Positions 44,959 to 55,427 of a stretch of DNA of 64,000 bases are shown one piece after another. Under the pieces are notes generated by a model. That model was not told the origin of the DNA and ran no database searches. It was given only the letters and a program-made list of their open reading frames with translations. Location of the stretch: assembly GCA_021413945.1 (NCBI GenBank), contig JAIOPK010000006.1, positions 390,327 through 454,326 of the forward strand, written 5' to 3'. How positions within the stretch are numbered: position 1 is the stretch's first letter; the number at the start of each line of letters is the position of its first letter. Origin of the DNA: Candidatus Uhrbacteria bacterium. GTDB lineage: Bacteria > Patescibacteriota > Patescibacteriia > 2-12-FULL-60-25. The translations under genes and the position numbers were made by a program.

Positions 44959-45630
44959 TTAAAAAATACGCGCCTTCAGCAATGTCCACTGAAATTCTCC
45001 CGCCTTCACGTATCCCGACAGTATCTGGTCGCCAATAAAAAAGGTCGGAGCGCCGGTGAGGCCGTGGTCTTTTGCGAGCTGGATGTCGTTTTGGATATCG
45101 ACGATATGCCGGCCGGACTGCACACAGGTGTTAAACGAGGGAACATCGAGGCGTAACGATGTGGCCGTATCTTGCAATGTGGTGAGATCGATGGTGCCGA
45201 GTTTGAGAAGCTCATCGTGCATTTCCCAGAACCTGCCCTGATCGTTAGCGCATCGACCTGCGGAGGCGGCGAGGATGGCGTCGGGTCTATCGCTGGCCAC
45301 CGGCATATCGCGCCACACATGGCGGACACCGGCCGGGTTCGCGGCCAATACCGCGGCTAATTCCGGCTCGGATGCGCGACAATAGGTGCAAGTGTAGTCG
45401 GCGAATTCGACAATCACAACCGCGTTGGTCGATGTTGAACCGCGTGTGGGGTCGGTACTGCGGAGGGGAGGAAGGATTGGTTTAGACAATTCAGATGTCG
45501 GAGTGTAGGCGGGGCGAGTACCGGCCTGAAATGTCGACACGTTGCGGTAAATCATGCTCCAAGCCAACAATAAACTGACAACAGCAAAGACACCGAGGAA
45601 TAGCCAGAGAAGGCGATGTCTATCGTCCAT
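44959..45630 (-). CDS. DsbA-family thiol:disulfide oxidoreductase
   Basis: N-terminal TM anchor, a thioredoxin fold with a CxxC active site (FADYTCTYCRASEPEL) and a C-terminal GAPTFFIG motif. Confidence 0.75.
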   Translation of the reverse strand: MDDRHRLLWLFLGVFAVVSLLLAWSMIYRNVSTFQAGTRPAYTPTSELSKPILPPLRSTDPTRGSTSTNAVVIVEFADYTCTYCRASEPELAAVLAANPAGVRHVWRDMPVASDRPDAILAASAGRCANDQGRFWEMHDELLKLGTIDLTTLQDTATSLRLDVPSFNTCVQSGRHIVDIQNDIQLAKDHGLTGAPTFFIGDQILSGYVKAGEFQWTLLKARIF

Positions 45631-45633
45631 ACA

Positions 45634-46869
45634 TTACAAGTCAAAACGGATCAGACGGCCGCTGATTTGATCCGTAAAGATGGCGGAACGACCATCCGGC
45701 GTAACGCTCATGTCTTTTACGGCTGCACCGCCTTGTGGTTGACCAAGATTAATTTTCTCCCCGGTTTGCAGGTTAATTTTCCAAATCTCATCGGGATTGT
45801 TTTCAAACATGGAACGCTGCAGACCCGCGCCCTGTCCGAGCGTGGTCGGTACACCGCAAATAAGCGTCTGCTCGCCCTGCCACGTGCATTTATCGGCCCA
45901 AGTGTTGATTTGGAGATTGACGCGGTTGGCATTCACGGAATCGCCGGCTGCACCGCTCACCCAAAGCGTCGGGAGATAGTTCGTGGCGCTGTTATGAACG
46001 GAATAGAGGAGGTTCTGACCGGATGGAGCCCACTTGGGAATAAATCCGCGTCCTTCCACGACCAAGCCTTTAAAATTTTCCTGGTTTTGTCCGAGCATGA
46101 TGATTTGCTGGCGATCTAAGCCGAGCGGTTCGCCGGTAAACGAATAGGCGACCATTTGGTTATTTGGCGACCAGCTTGTATGCACTTTGTTCTGGTTGCT
46201 TCCGAGGCTTTCAATCGGCTTGGCATTGGTTCCGTCTGGATTGGAAACGACAAGAAAACGATTGTCCTCGTTGTTGCCGATGCTCTTTGCGACGAGGCGA
46301 TCATCGTCGGGAGAGAAATTGAAGTCTTCCCAGTGCTTTGGCAAGGTAACCTGCTTGTCTGTCGAAAAATCGTAAAGAATATTTGAACCGTCCGGATAAT
46401 TGATGACGGCTTTGTCGGTGGAGTTACCCCAGGCGACGCTATCGACGTTGAAAAAAGTTTGATTAGACATCGGTACGGATTCGCCGTCGACAGAAACGCG
46501 ATAAAAGCGTCCGTCATCCGGATTGTAGCCGCGGATTTGTCCATTGGAGGCCATGGATACGGAACGAGTCGGCGTCGAGCGCAGAACACGCGTACGCGGT
46601 GTTGCCGGAATTCCGGTCGGAACGGTGGGTACAAACACTTGGCCGGGCTGTATCGGTAAACCGCCGGGACCTCCAGGAGTCGTCGTGGCACCCTGCGGAC
46701 CTCCGGTACCGGCCGAAGGCAATGTTCCGCCGGGTACTACCGTTCCCGGAGGCGTTACGATCGGCACTCCCGTTGGGCGGAAGAACACCCAATAGATACC
46801 GAAGGCTATTCCAACGACAACAAGAAGAAAGCCGACGATTAAAAGGACACGTTTTAAGCGTTCGTTCAT
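45634..46869 (-). CDS. membrane-anchored TolB-like beta-propeller protein
   Basis: ATG at 46869 (MNERLKRVLLIVGF...), a Pro/Gly/Thr-rich linker, then repeated PD40-like blades (SPDD.RLV, SWSPNNQMVAY, VTPDGRSAIF). Confidence 0.6.
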   Translation of the reverse strand: MNERLKRVLLIVGFLLVVVGIAFGIYWVFFRPTGVPIVTPPGTVVPGGTLPSAGTGGPQGATTTPGGPGGLPIQPGQVFVPTVPTGIPATPRTRVLRSTPTRSVSMASNGQIRGYNPDDGRFYRVSVDGESVPMSNQTFFNVDSVAWGNSTDKAVINYPDGSNILYDFSTDKQVTLPKHWEDFNFSPDDDRLVAKSIGNNEDNRFLVVSNPDGTNAKPIESLGSNQNKVHTSWSPNNQMVAYSFTGEPLGLDRQQIIMLGQNQENFKGLVVEGRGFIPKWAPSGQNLLYSVHNSATNYLPTLWVSGAAGDSVNANRVNLQINTWADKCTWQGEQTLICGVPTTLGQGAGLQRSMFENNPDEIWKINLQTGEKINLGQPQGGAAVKDMSVTPDGRSAIFTDQISGRLIRFDL

Positions 46870-46888
46870 GTGGGGATTATAACACAAT

Positions 46889-49168
46889 CTAGAACAAGTC
46901 GAGCCAACCGCCGATCACATCCGATAGCCCAAAGGTCGCACTACTTATAGCGGCGATGATGGCGGCGAGCAAAATAACCGGACCCAACATGGTCATCATG
47001 GCGCTTAGGCACATTGCAAGATCGAGGCAGGCGATCGCTGAACATTCGTATGGAAATCCGGCTTGTGGGAAAAACGGCAGATCTTTTTTGAAGAACGTCA
47101 GAACCAAGCGACCATTCAAATGAGCGATCGTCATGAGGATACCGATCACATCAAATGCGCCGTGCGCGGTATCGAATGCGTCAATAAGGTTGGAGATGGT
47201 TTTCTTTGCGGCGCGTATCTTCTCCATCTGGCTCTCCGATTGTCCGGCCTCGCTTGTGGCAGCCTTCTGCTGACCTTGTCGCTGCACCGCTTGCGCCGTC
47301 GCTTGTTGTAAGGCCGATGCACGCGCGAGCTCTTGCGGCGTCGGACCGGTCGGCGCCTGATCTTGATTCTGGCCCGATACCTGGTCGGATCCTGGGCGAC
47401 CAGCCATTTCCGGAGGACGTTGCCCGGACTGCATTTGGCCTTCAGCACTGCCGCCGTGAATACGCTTCATTTCCGCGCGACCCGCTTCTTCTTTGGCACC
47501 GTAGATATCTGCAGGCTCCGGTTCTTCATCGCCGGCGCCGGCGGCATAGGTTTGCGGTTTACGTTCCGGAAGATCGAGCGGTCCCGAGTAACCGCCTTGT
47601 CCGCCCTCTGTCGCAAAAGCATCTTCATACGAGTCCCGTTCCATCGTGTCTTCCGATCCCGCGCCGGTGTAGCCGTTTCGAGCTCCCCGATCGTAAGACT
47701 GAGCGGCGCCAAGTTCGACGGCGCGCTGAGCTTGGCCGCCGATGGACGAGAGACTGCCGCCAAGCGGACGAATCGGTTTTGGCGTACGAACGGACGGGCT
47801 CGCCGTTGCGGAGGCTCTACGCGAGGGGATGCCGGGTGCGTAGGCACGAGGGGCGGCGGTTGACGTTGGTCTCGGCAGAGCCGCGGCGGCCGAAGCTACC
47901 TCTCTCTGCGCTGATGTCGGAGCGGCGATCGAAGGCAACAACTTTTGTACTGCCGCGACTTTGTCGTCGGGAACAACTCCGCTTGCGTCAGGCTCGAGCC
48001 GCTGCACCGCTTGGACGATTTGATCGGCTTTATTATCTTCATTGATTCGCGCGACCTGTAAGTCCGTCTGCTGATGAAGCAGAGAGTCGCGGTCGGCTTG
48101 CGACTGGACGATTTGTTGTTTCAATTGCGACGCTTGCGCGCTATTCCCGCCGGCAGATGCGGTACGAGAGCGCTGCTGTAAATCGTTGATTCGATTTGAT
48201 ACCTCGGAAATCTGGCCGGATAATTGCTGGATCTGACCCTCTCGTGCGGATGCGGAAGCTCCGTAGGCCGCGAGAACATTTTGGGCCGCGGCAATGATGG
48301 CAGCCGCGCCCGTGTCGGAGGCGGGAATGGCTGCGGCGACGGACGCAACAGCGGCGATAGCACTTTGCGGTGTTGTGGCACCGGCGCTAGCCGCGCGTTC
48401 CGACTGTAACTCGATACGTGTTTCACGAATGGATGCAGATGCGGGGCTCGTCGATACCGATGCAGATGCTGATGTCGATGTCGAAGCGGAAGCCGACGTC
48501 GTCGCTTTCAAAGGCGCGGTGATCTCCGGATTTGACGGTTGAATCGAGGTGCCGCTCACCTCGACTTGGCGCACGGCCTTTCCGGAAGCGTCGTCGGAGA
48601 AATCGACTTTCGTGCCTTGATCTCGTACAACGCGCGACGATTGTTTAGATGTTTTTGTCGATCGAGCGGTTGGGAGTGGTGCGCTCGACGAGACTGTTTG
48701 CGTACCGCGGAGCATTTCCCCGGACTTCATCCATCGGCGACCGGCGCCATCGTTCACGAGTACTTCATCGTTCTGCGCATCGTAACCAATGACTTGGGCG
48801 GTTTTACCTTCGAGGGAAACATTTTTTCCAAAAAAGCCACGGACGGCGCCGGAAAGATTCTTTTTTGTTGTTCTTCCGGTGGCCTTGTCGCTTTCTTTTT
48901 GCGCCTCGATGATCGTTTTGTATTGCTCGTAGGGGATTTGGATGTTTTCGACGGAATCACCGGAACGACGAACTGCACGGACGGTATCGCGCAGACTGTC
49001 GTAACCGACAATGGTGACATTGCGCGTCTCTTTTGGGCCAACGGTTAAAAACGTCCCAAAGGAGACGTCTTTACCGGAATCGTCGGCGGCCGCGGAATCG
49101 TCGCTTTGCGGCGCTTCTTGAGCCGGCTCCTCCTCCGGAAGCGGTAGTACTTCTGCAGCATCCGCCAT
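46889..49168 (-). CDS. large hypothetical protein with low-complexity Ala/Ser/Gln regions and a C-terminal membrane domain
   Basis: 759-aa ORF. It has two N-terminal repeats sharing a (V/I)(I/V)GYD(S/A) motif, long Ala/Ser-rich and coiled-coil stretches, and C-terminal TM helices containing Cys. No family recognised. Confidence 0.55.
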   Translation of the reverse strand: MADAAEVLPLPEEEPAQEAPQSDDSAAADDSGKDVSFGTFLTVGPKETRNVTIVGYDSLRDTVRAVRRSGDSVENIQIPYEQYKTIIEAQKESDKATGRTTKKNLSGAVRGFFGKNVSLEGKTAQVIGYDAQNDEVLVNDGAGRRWMKSGEMLRGTQTVSSSAPLPTARSTKTSKQSSRVVRDQGTKVDFSDDASGKAVRQVEVSGTSIQPSNPEITAPLKATTSASASTSTSASASVSTSPASASIRETRIELQSERAASAGATTPQSAIAAVASVAAAIPASDTGAAAIIAAAQNVLAAYGASASAREGQIQQLSGQISEVSNRINDLQQRSRTASAGGNSAQASQLKQQIVQSQADRDSLLHQQTDLQVARINEDNKADQIVQAVQRLEPDASGVVPDDKVAAVQKLLPSIAAPTSAQREVASAAAALPRPTSTAAPRAYAPGIPSRRASATASPSVRTPKPIRPLGGSLSSIGGQAQRAVELGAAQSYDRGARNGYTGAGSEDTMERDSYEDAFATEGGQGGYSGPLDLPERKPQTYAAGAGDEEPEPADIYGAKEEAGRAEMKRIHGGSAEGQMQSGQRPPEMAGRPGSDQVSGQNQDQAPTGPTPQELARASALQQATAQAVQRQGQQKAATSEAGQSESQMEKIRAAKKTISNLIDAFDTAHGAFDVIGILMTIAHLNGRLVLTFFKKDLPFFPQAGFPYECSAIACLDLAMCLSAMMTMLGPVILLAAIIAAISSATFGLSDVIGGWLDLF

Positions 49169-49180
49169 GTGCGGATTCTA

Positions 49181-51697
49181 TCACGCGACCTTGATCCTGT
49201 CTTTTGTAACTTTCAGCGTCCCTTTCTTTTTATTTGGTTGTTCGACAAGCATTTCCGATAAAAGCGACATGATCTCTCGTTCGACAACACGGCGAGCCGA
49301 GCGGGCGCCTTCTTCCGATGGGAAGTCGCGCTTCATGAGCCAGTCGAGGACGTCGTCGCCGGCCGAGAGGGCGACGTCTTGGGCTTCCTTCACTCGTCCG
49401 AGGACGACATCGAGTTCGCGGCGGACAATATCGCGCAGTGTTTCCGACTCGAGCGGCTTGAAGACGATGATGCGGTCGAGGCGGTTCAGTAACTCCGGAC
49501 GGAAGCGTTCTTTGAGCTGGGCTCTAACGAGAGAGTCGAATCCGTCGGTGGATTCTCCAAAGCCGAGGGCGGAACTCTTCAGATATTCCGCGCCAACATT
49601 CGATGTCAAAATAATATACGCGTGTCGGAACGGGATGTGGCGGCCGGAGCCGTCGGTGATGCGGCCGTCCTCAAGCGCTTGCAGGAGCAAGTGCTGAACG
49701 TCGGGATGGGCTTTTTCGAACTCGTCGAAGAGGAGAACGGCGTGCGGATGTTTGCGAATGGTGTCGGCGAGGCGATTGCCTTCACGGAAGCCGACGTAGC
49801 CGGCAGGGGAGCCGAGCAATTTCGAGACGGAGTGACCTTCGGCGAATTCCGACATGTCGAGTTTCACGAGGGCGTCTTCGCGGCCGAACAATTCGTGAGC
49901 GAGTGCTTTCGCGAGCTCGGTCTTGCCTGTTCCCGACGGACCGACGAAGAGGAAGCTCGCACGGGGTCGCTTTGGATCGGAAAGTCCGAGACGCGCTTTG
50001 CGAACGGTTTCCGCGACTTCACGGACGACATGCGCTTGGCCAAAAATTCTTTTCGCAAGATTGCCTTCCAATCCGCGCAATTGTTCCCGCTCCGCTCGAA
50101 TAACGGACTCATACGGAACACGGGCAAGACGGGAGACGATGCGGGCGATATGGTCGACCGTGACCGGAAGTCGGTCTTGTTTGCGCGCTTCAATCATCGA
50201 TTCCTCAATGCGCTTTTTCTCCGCGATCAAACGCTCCTCATCTTCAAGAGCGCTGGAAGCTTCCGGAAGGGAGCCGCCGTCGACAGCGGCTTCTTTTGTC
50301 TCGCGCATTGCATCAAGAGCGATTTCAAGTGCGCGAAGTCGCTCAACGGATTCACGCGAGCGTCGGCGGGCGTTGACATAGGCGGCGGCTTCATCGAGAA
50401 CGTCGATGGCTTTGTCCGGGAAGAAACGGTCGGTGAGATAGCGTTCGCTTAATCGAATAGCCGCTTCGAGAGCGTCTGGGGCGTAGCGAACGTTATGATG
50501 TTCTTCATAACGTGTTTTCAGGCCTTGAAGCATTTGACCCGCAAGCTCGGCTGTCGGCTCCGGTACATCGATGGGCTGGAAACGGCGCTCGAGAGCGGCG
50601 TCGGGCTCGAGATGCTTTTTGAATTCGTTCCACGTTGTTGCGCCAATGCATCGAATTTCTCCGCGAGCGAGAGCGGGTTTTAAAATGTTGGCGGCATCGA
50701 GAGAGCCTGAAGTCGAACCGGCGCCGACAAGGTTATGGATTTCATCGATAAAAAGGATGGCGGTCGGGTCGAGACGGACTTCTTCGACGAGCTGCTTCAA
50801 ACGCGCTTCGAACTCTCCGCGATACATCGTGCCGGCGACCATGAGGGCCAAGTCGATCGCGTAAATGCGTTTGCCCTGGAGAACGTCCGGAACATCACCG
50901 GCGGCAAGGCGTTGAGCGAGGCCTTCGACAATGGCCGTCTTACCCACGCCCGGCTCCCCGAGTAATATCGGATTATTTTTGGAGCGGCGGCACAAAATCT
51001 CGATGACGCGATCGGTTTCCGCGTCGCGGCCGATCACGGGGTCGAGTTTGGAAACGGTTTCCGGAGCGGTGAGCTCACGGGCAAAGACCTCGACAGCTCG
51101 CGGACGTTTGTCGCGGGTGACGCGGCCGTGCTGTGGTTGATTTGCGTTGCCGGGCATCGCGGGCGATGGGGGAGCGACTTCCGGATTTCCTTCTTGCGGC
51201 GGAAGAACGCCGGCTTCTTCCCGCGGCAGCATGTCGGGAAAGCGGGAAGTGTTGCGTAAAATATGCGCGAGCTGTTCCTTGGCCAAATCCAAGTTCATGC
51301 CTTGCGACTCGAGGAACGTATGGACATCGGGAAGCGAACTTTCGAGAAGCGCGAGCAATAAATGCTCGGTGCCGACATAGCGATGCTCGTGGACATGCGC
51401 CATCAGTACGCATTTTTCTAGCGCGCGACGGACGGCCGGCGAGAGGTCGGGCGCAATCGCACCGCCCGATTCGTGCGGTTTTGGAAAACCGCGGAAAGCC
51501 TCTTCCGCTTTCTTTACATCGACCGAAGACTTGGAAAGAATTTCCGCGGCAATCGAGCCCTGCTGTTGAAGCAAACCGACGAGAAGATCGCCAGGGTCGA
51601 CTGCGTCGCGGCCGCTGCCAATCGCAAAAGCTAGCGCGTGCTGAAGCGCTTCCCGCAGATGGCCCGTGAAACGGGAGAGAAATTCATTTCCTAACAT
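49181..51697 (-). CDS. clpC: AAA+ chaperone ClpC-type (Clp/Hsp100, two NBDs)
   Basis: Clp_N repeats, NBD1 ([15 protein letters not shown]), a short middle domain, NBD2 ([15 protein letters not shown]) and an LGF loop (SSALGFGES) that may be the ClpP-docking tripeptide. Confidence 0.85.
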   Translation of the reverse strand: MLGNEFLSRFTGHLREALQHALAFAIGSGRDAVDPGDLLVGLLQQQGSIAAEILSKSSVDVKKAEEAFRGFPKPHESGGAIAPDLSPAVRRALEKCVLMAHVHEHRYVGTEHLLLALLESSLPDVHTFLESQGMNLDLAKEQLAHILRNTSRFPDMLPREEAGVLPPQEGNPEVAPPSPAMPGNANQPQHGRVTRDKRPRAVEVFARELTAPETVSKLDPVIGRDAETDRVIEILCRRSKNNPILLGEPGVGKTAIVEGLAQRLAAGDVPDVLQGKRIYAIDLALMVAGTMYRGEFEARLKQLVEEVRLDPTAILFIDEIHNLVGAGSTSGSLDAANILKPALARGEIRCIGATTWNEFKKHLEPDAALERRFQPIDVPEPTAELAGQMLQGLKTRYEEHHNVRYAPDALEAAIRLSERYLTDRFFPDKAIDVLDEAAAYVNARRRSRESVERLRALEIALDAMRETKEAAVDGGSLPEASSALEDEERLIAEKKRIEESMIEARKQDRLPVTVDHIARIVSRLARVPYESVIRAEREQLRGLEGNLAKRIFGQAHVVREVAETVRKARLGLSDPKRPRASFLFVGPSGTGKTELAKALAHELFGREDALVKLDMSEFAEGHSVSKLLGSPAGYVGFREGNRLADTIRKHPHAVLLFDEFEKAHPDVQHLLLQALEDGRITDGSGRHIPFRHAYIILTSNVGAEYLKSSALGFGESTDGFDSLVRAQLKERFRPELLNRLDRIIVFKPLESETLRDIVRRELDVVLGRVKEAQDVALSAGDDVLDWLMKRDFPSEEGARSARRVVEREIMSLLSEMLVEQPNKKKGTLKVTKDRIKVA

Positions 51698-51706
51698 AGT
51701 TTTATA

Positions 51707-52594
51707 TTAACGCGCGTCTGCCATGAGGCGTAATTTATTGACTCGATCTTCTACGGGTGGATGTGTTGAGAACCAGGACATCGTTCGACGGCTTGAGCCA
51801 AACGGGCTTGCGATCCAGAGATGTGCCGTTGCTTGAGATGCTCGCTGCATCGGCTGGCCGTAAGCGGAAATTTTCTCGAGGGCGCGGGCCAAGCCTTCCG
51901 GATAGCGCGTCATGAGGGCGCCGGAGGCATCAGCCAAATATTCTCGCGAGCGGCTGACGGCGAGCTTGATCAATTCTCCGATAAGAGGCGATAAAATCAG
52001 AAACGCGATACCGACAAGCGCGAGAACGCCTCCGCTATTGCGGTTGCCTCTTCCTCGTCCGAGGAAGCCAAAACGGAAAAAGGAATCGCCGAGAATCGTG
52101 AGGGCGCCGACGAGGACGGCGACGAGCATCATGAAGCGCATGTCATAATTTTTTACATGCGAGAGCTCGTGCGCCAGAACTCCTTCGAGCTCCTCGTTCT
52201 CGAGCAACGAGACGATTCCCGTTGTCACAGCAATCGACGCGCGAGCCGGATCGCGACCAGTGGCGAATGCATTAGGCGCCGGATCATCGACAATGAAGAG
52301 CTTGGGCATCGGCACGCCCGCCGTGATCGACAAATTCTCGACCATGTTCCAGAGATACGTATTTTGATCGCGCGACTCGATGCGCTTGGCACCTGTCGAC
52401 ATGAGGACGATTTTATCGCCCCAAAACCAGGAGACAGCCGTCATACCGAGTGAAACGACCAGCGCGAATATTAGGCCCGTATAACCGGAACCGTTCAGAT
52501 AGCCGAAAACGTAGCCTGCCGCCGCCAGGATTCCGACGAATAACGCGACAAGAAGGATGCTTTTACGGCTATTGGATGCTATGTGTGAGTACAT
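51707..52594 (-). CDS. htpX: zinc metalloprotease HtpX (M48)
   Basis: HELSHV zinc motif and 4 TM helices. Confidence 0.9.
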   Translation of the reverse strand: MYSHIASNSRKSILLVALFVGILAAAGYVFGYLNGSGYTGLIFALVVSLGMTAVSWFWGDKIVLMSTGAKRIESRDQNTYLWNMVENLSITAGVPMPKLFIVDDPAPNAFATGRDPARASIAVTTGIVSLLENEELEGVLAHELSHVKNYDMRFMMLVAVLVGALTILGDSFFRFGFLGRGRGNRNSGGVLALVGIAFLILSPLIGELIKLAVSRSREYLADASGALMTRYPEGLARALEKISAYGQPMQRASQATAHLWIASPFGSSRRTMSWFSTHPPVEDRVNKLRLMADAR

Positions 52595-52597
52595 CGA

Positions 52598-53149
52598 TTA
52601 AAACTTCACTTCTGGGACATTACGTTCTGCATCATTACCGATTTCGAAGAATTCACGCTTGATGAAGCCGAGCATGCCGGCGATCATGTTGGTTGGGAAA
52701 ACCTGAAGCTTGGTGTTGAAGTCGCGGACATTGCCGTTGTAGAAGCGGCGGGAAGCTTGGACTTTGTTTTCCGTGTCGGAAAGTTCATCCTGCAGTTTTA
52801 AGAAGTTGGTGTTGGCTTTCAAATCCGGGTAGGCCTCGGACAATGCAAAGATCGACTTCAGCGTACTCGACAATGCATTTTCCGCAACAGCTTTGTCATG
52901 CGGGCTCGTGGCGGCCATGGCGGCGGTGCGAGCGGCTGTGACTTTTTCGAATGTTCCGGATTCATGCGACGCGTATCCTTTCACCGTCGCAATCAGGTTC
53001 GGAATCAAGTCGTAACGGCGCTTCAACTGAACATCGATGTCGGACCAAGCCTCGTCGGTTTGGTTCTTGAGTGTGATAAGACCGTTATATGTGGCGACAA
53101 GCCAAATGGCGATGACCGCGAGTACGGCAATGAGTATCCAGAGATACAT
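52598..53149 (-). CDS. lemA: LemA family protein
   Basis: N-terminal TM helix plus NGLITLKNQTDEAWSDIDVQLKRRYDLIPN, the LemA signature. Confidence 0.85.
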   Translation of the reverse strand: MYLWILIAVLAVIAIWLVATYNGLITLKNQTDEAWSDIDVQLKRRYDLIPNLIATVKGYASHESGTFEKVTAARTAAMAATSPHDKAVAENALSSTLKSIFALSEAYPDLKANTNFLKLQDELSDTENKVQASRRFYNGNVRDFNTKLQVFPTNMIAGMLGFIKREFFEIGNDAERNVPEVKF

Positions 53150-53278
53150 ATAAAATATCGATTGATTAGCTAAATTATGTGGCCTTTTGGCCCTAGTACA
53201 AGCATAGCAGAAGCTAACACGGGGTCAATTGCTTCCGTTTGACCGTTCTCGACGATCGTCGCATGCTGTTACGCATCT

Positions 53279-54646
53279 ATGAATGCGTCCATCTTCAAAG
53301 CTTACGATATACGCGGTCTCTCCCCGGGAGAACTCGGCGCGGCAGAGGCCGGACGCATCGGCGTGTCATTAGCGAAGCTACATCGACCAAAGAAAGTCGT
53401 GGTTGGTCATGACATGAGGTTGACGTCGACAGAATTGGAGCAAACGCTCATCGACGGATTGAATTCGCAGGGCGTTGATGTCGTGCGCATCGGGCTTTGC
53501 ACGACGCCGATGTTTAATTTTGCGGTTGCGGAGTCGAATGGCGGTTATGACATGGGCATCATGGTTACGGCTTCGCATAATCCGGCCAGGTACAACGGTT
53601 TGAAAATCACGAAAGGCGACAACACATCGATCGGGCAGGGGAGCGGGATGGAAGAGTTACGCGATCTTGCTTGTGGCGGTGAACCGATTCCGCAGTCGAA
53701 CACGCGGGGCGCGGTAAGCGATGACGAGGGACTGCTCGAACGTTACGTCGAAGCGATTTGGTCGCGGAGTAAACTTGAAGGCGGTTTGTCGAATTGGAAA
53801 ATTTCGATCGATGCGGGAAATGGGATGGAAGGAATCGTGTTACCAAAGTTGTCGAAGAAGATCGGCGCGGATGTGCAGGAGCTTTATTGGAAGCTCGATG
53901 GAAATTTTCCAAATCATGAGGCGAATCCGGTAAAGGTTGAGACGCTTGGCGATTTGCAGGATGAAGTGAAATCAAAAGGCTGTGCGTTCGGTGCTGCGTT
54001 CGACGGAGATGGCGATCGAGTTGGATTCGTCGACGAGCACGGCGAGGCGATTCCCGGGGATATCCTGACCGCTTTGTTTGCGAAGGCGATTCTTGCCGAA
54101 CAAAGGGGCGCGACGGTGCTTTATGATCTGCGTTCGTCCAAGAGCGTGAAGGAAGTGATTGAGGAGGCCGGCGGCAAAGCAGAAATGTGCAAAGTTGGTC
54201 ATGCGGGAATCAAACGACAGATGCGGGAGACGGGCGCCGTCTTTGCGGGCGAGCTCTCGATGCATTTCTATTTTTCCGAGTTCGCGAATTGCGAAGCTTC
54301 GGATTATGCGATGCTGCTCCTTATTCGACTCATGCTTCGTGAGGGCAAGCCATTGTCGGAGATTTGGAAACCGCTTGTACGCTACTCGCATTCTGGTGAA
54401 ATCAATTTCGAAGTGAAAGACACAAAAGCCGCGTTAGCACTGGTCGAAGAGCGGTATTCGACCGGATCTGTCGAGGTCTCACATCTTGATGGCGTACGTA
54501 TCGACAGGGGGGATTGGTGGTTCTCACTGCGTGCGTCGAATACGGAGCCGCTGATCCGATTGAACCTTGAGGCGAATGATGCAGCGACGATGAAGTCTAA
54601 AGTCGAGGAGATTCGTGTATGCTTGGCATCTTTGATTCAGGCGTAG
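53279..54646 (+). CDS. phosphomannomutase/phosphoglucomutase family enzyme
   Basis: Active-site loop TASHNPARYNGLK, metal-binding FDGDGDR and a sugar-binding GELSMH motif. Confidence 0.85.
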   Translation: MNASIFKAYDIRGLSPGELGAAEAGRIGVSLAKLHRPKKVVVGHDMRLTSTELEQTLIDGLNSQGVDVVRIGLCTTPMFNFAVAESNGGYDMGIMVTASHNPARYNGLKITKGDNTSIGQGSGMEELRDLACGGEPIPQSNTRGAVSDDEGLLERYVEAIWSRSKLEGGLSNWKISIDAGNGMEGIVLPKLSKKIGADVQELYWKLDGNFPNHEANPVKVETLGDLQDEVKSKGCAFGAAFDGDGDRVGFVDEHGEAIPGDILTALFAKAILAEQRGATVLYDLRSSKSVKEVIEEAGGKAEMCKVGHAGIKRQMRETGAVFAGELSMHFYFSEFANCEASDYAMLLLIRLMLREGKPLSEIWKPLVRYSHSGEINFEVKDTKAALALVEERYSTGSVEVSHLDGVRIDRGDWWFSLRASNTEPLIRLNLEANDAATMKSKVEEIRVCLASLIQA

Positions 54647-55377
54647 GAGGACTTACCGTCGTCAAAGAATTATTGCGACGACATCCGTCGTCCGGATTTA
54701 TTTATTTGGGCGATACGGCCAGAACTCCGTACGGAAACAAATCCGCCGAGACGATTCGACGTTATGCGGTAGAAGATGCGAGATTTTTGGTCGATAAGGG
54801 AGCGACAACGATTCTCGTTGCCTGTAACTCGGTCAGCGCCGTGGCGATGGACGAATTACGGAAAGAGTTTCCGACGATCAAATTCTTTGAGGTGATCACG
54901 CCGGCGGTTTTGTCGGCGACGGGGAAAAAGATTGGAGTAATTGGAACGCGTGCGACGATTGGGTCGGGAGTTTATGAACGTAGACTGAAGGAGCGCGATC
55001 CGAACGTCGAGGTCATTTCGCAAGCGTGCCCACTGTTTGTGCCGCTGGTAGAAGAGAACTGGATCAATAAGCCGGAGACGAAACGCATTGTGCGAACGTA
55101 TCTTGAGCCGATTCGCCGTCAGCAAGTCGATGCGCTGATTCTTGGGTGTACGCATTATCCGCTGCTGACCAAAGTTATTCGTGTATCGCTGCAAAAACGC
55201 GTAAAGATCATTGACTCGCCGTCGGCGCTGATGGATACCGTTGAACGGGAGGCTGCGAGCGAGCTCGTCGATGGAACGCAGAAATATTATTTTACCGATC
55301 CCTCCGCGGCTACGGATGCTATTGCGACGAAGTGGCTTGGGACGATGATCAAAGGAGTGCGCGCAGAACTCGCGTAA
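54619..55377 (+). CDS. murI: glutamate racemase
   Basis: MLGIFDSGVGGLTV, with catalytic Cys motifs (VACNSVS, LGCTHYP). Confidence 0.9.
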   Translation: MLGIFDSGVGGLTVVKELLRRHPSSGFIYLGDTARTPYGNKSAETIRRYAVEDARFLVDKGATTILVACNSVSAVAMDELRKEFPTIKFFEVITPAVLSATGKKIGVIGTRATIGSGVYERRLKERDPNVEVISQACPLFVPLVEENWINKPETKRIVRTYLEPIRRQQVDALILGCTHYPLLTKVIRVSLQKRVKIIDSPSALMDTVEREAASELVDGTQKYYFTDPSAATDAIATKWLGTMIKGVRAELA

Positions 55378-55382
55378 AGAAA

Positions 55383-55418
55383 GCGCCCCGACGAAGTCTT
55401 GATGACTTGTCGGGGCGC
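55383..55418 (-). terminator. intrinsic terminator oriented for the minus strand (ends the candidate ncRNA)
   Basis: GCGCCCCGAC...GTCGGGGCGC is a 10-bp outer stem with an inner AAGTC/GACTT stem. On the minus strand it is followed by TTTCTTTA. On the plus strand no U-tract follows. Confidence 0.65.
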
Positions 55419-55427
55419 GGAGTAGAC

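Noticed and set aside
47206-48045. Arg-rich 279-aa and 176-aa plus-strand ORFs inside the 759-aa gene
   Set aside because: These are antisense shadows of a GC-rich, low-complexity Ala/Ser-coding region. They have extreme Arg/Pro composition and no RBS.
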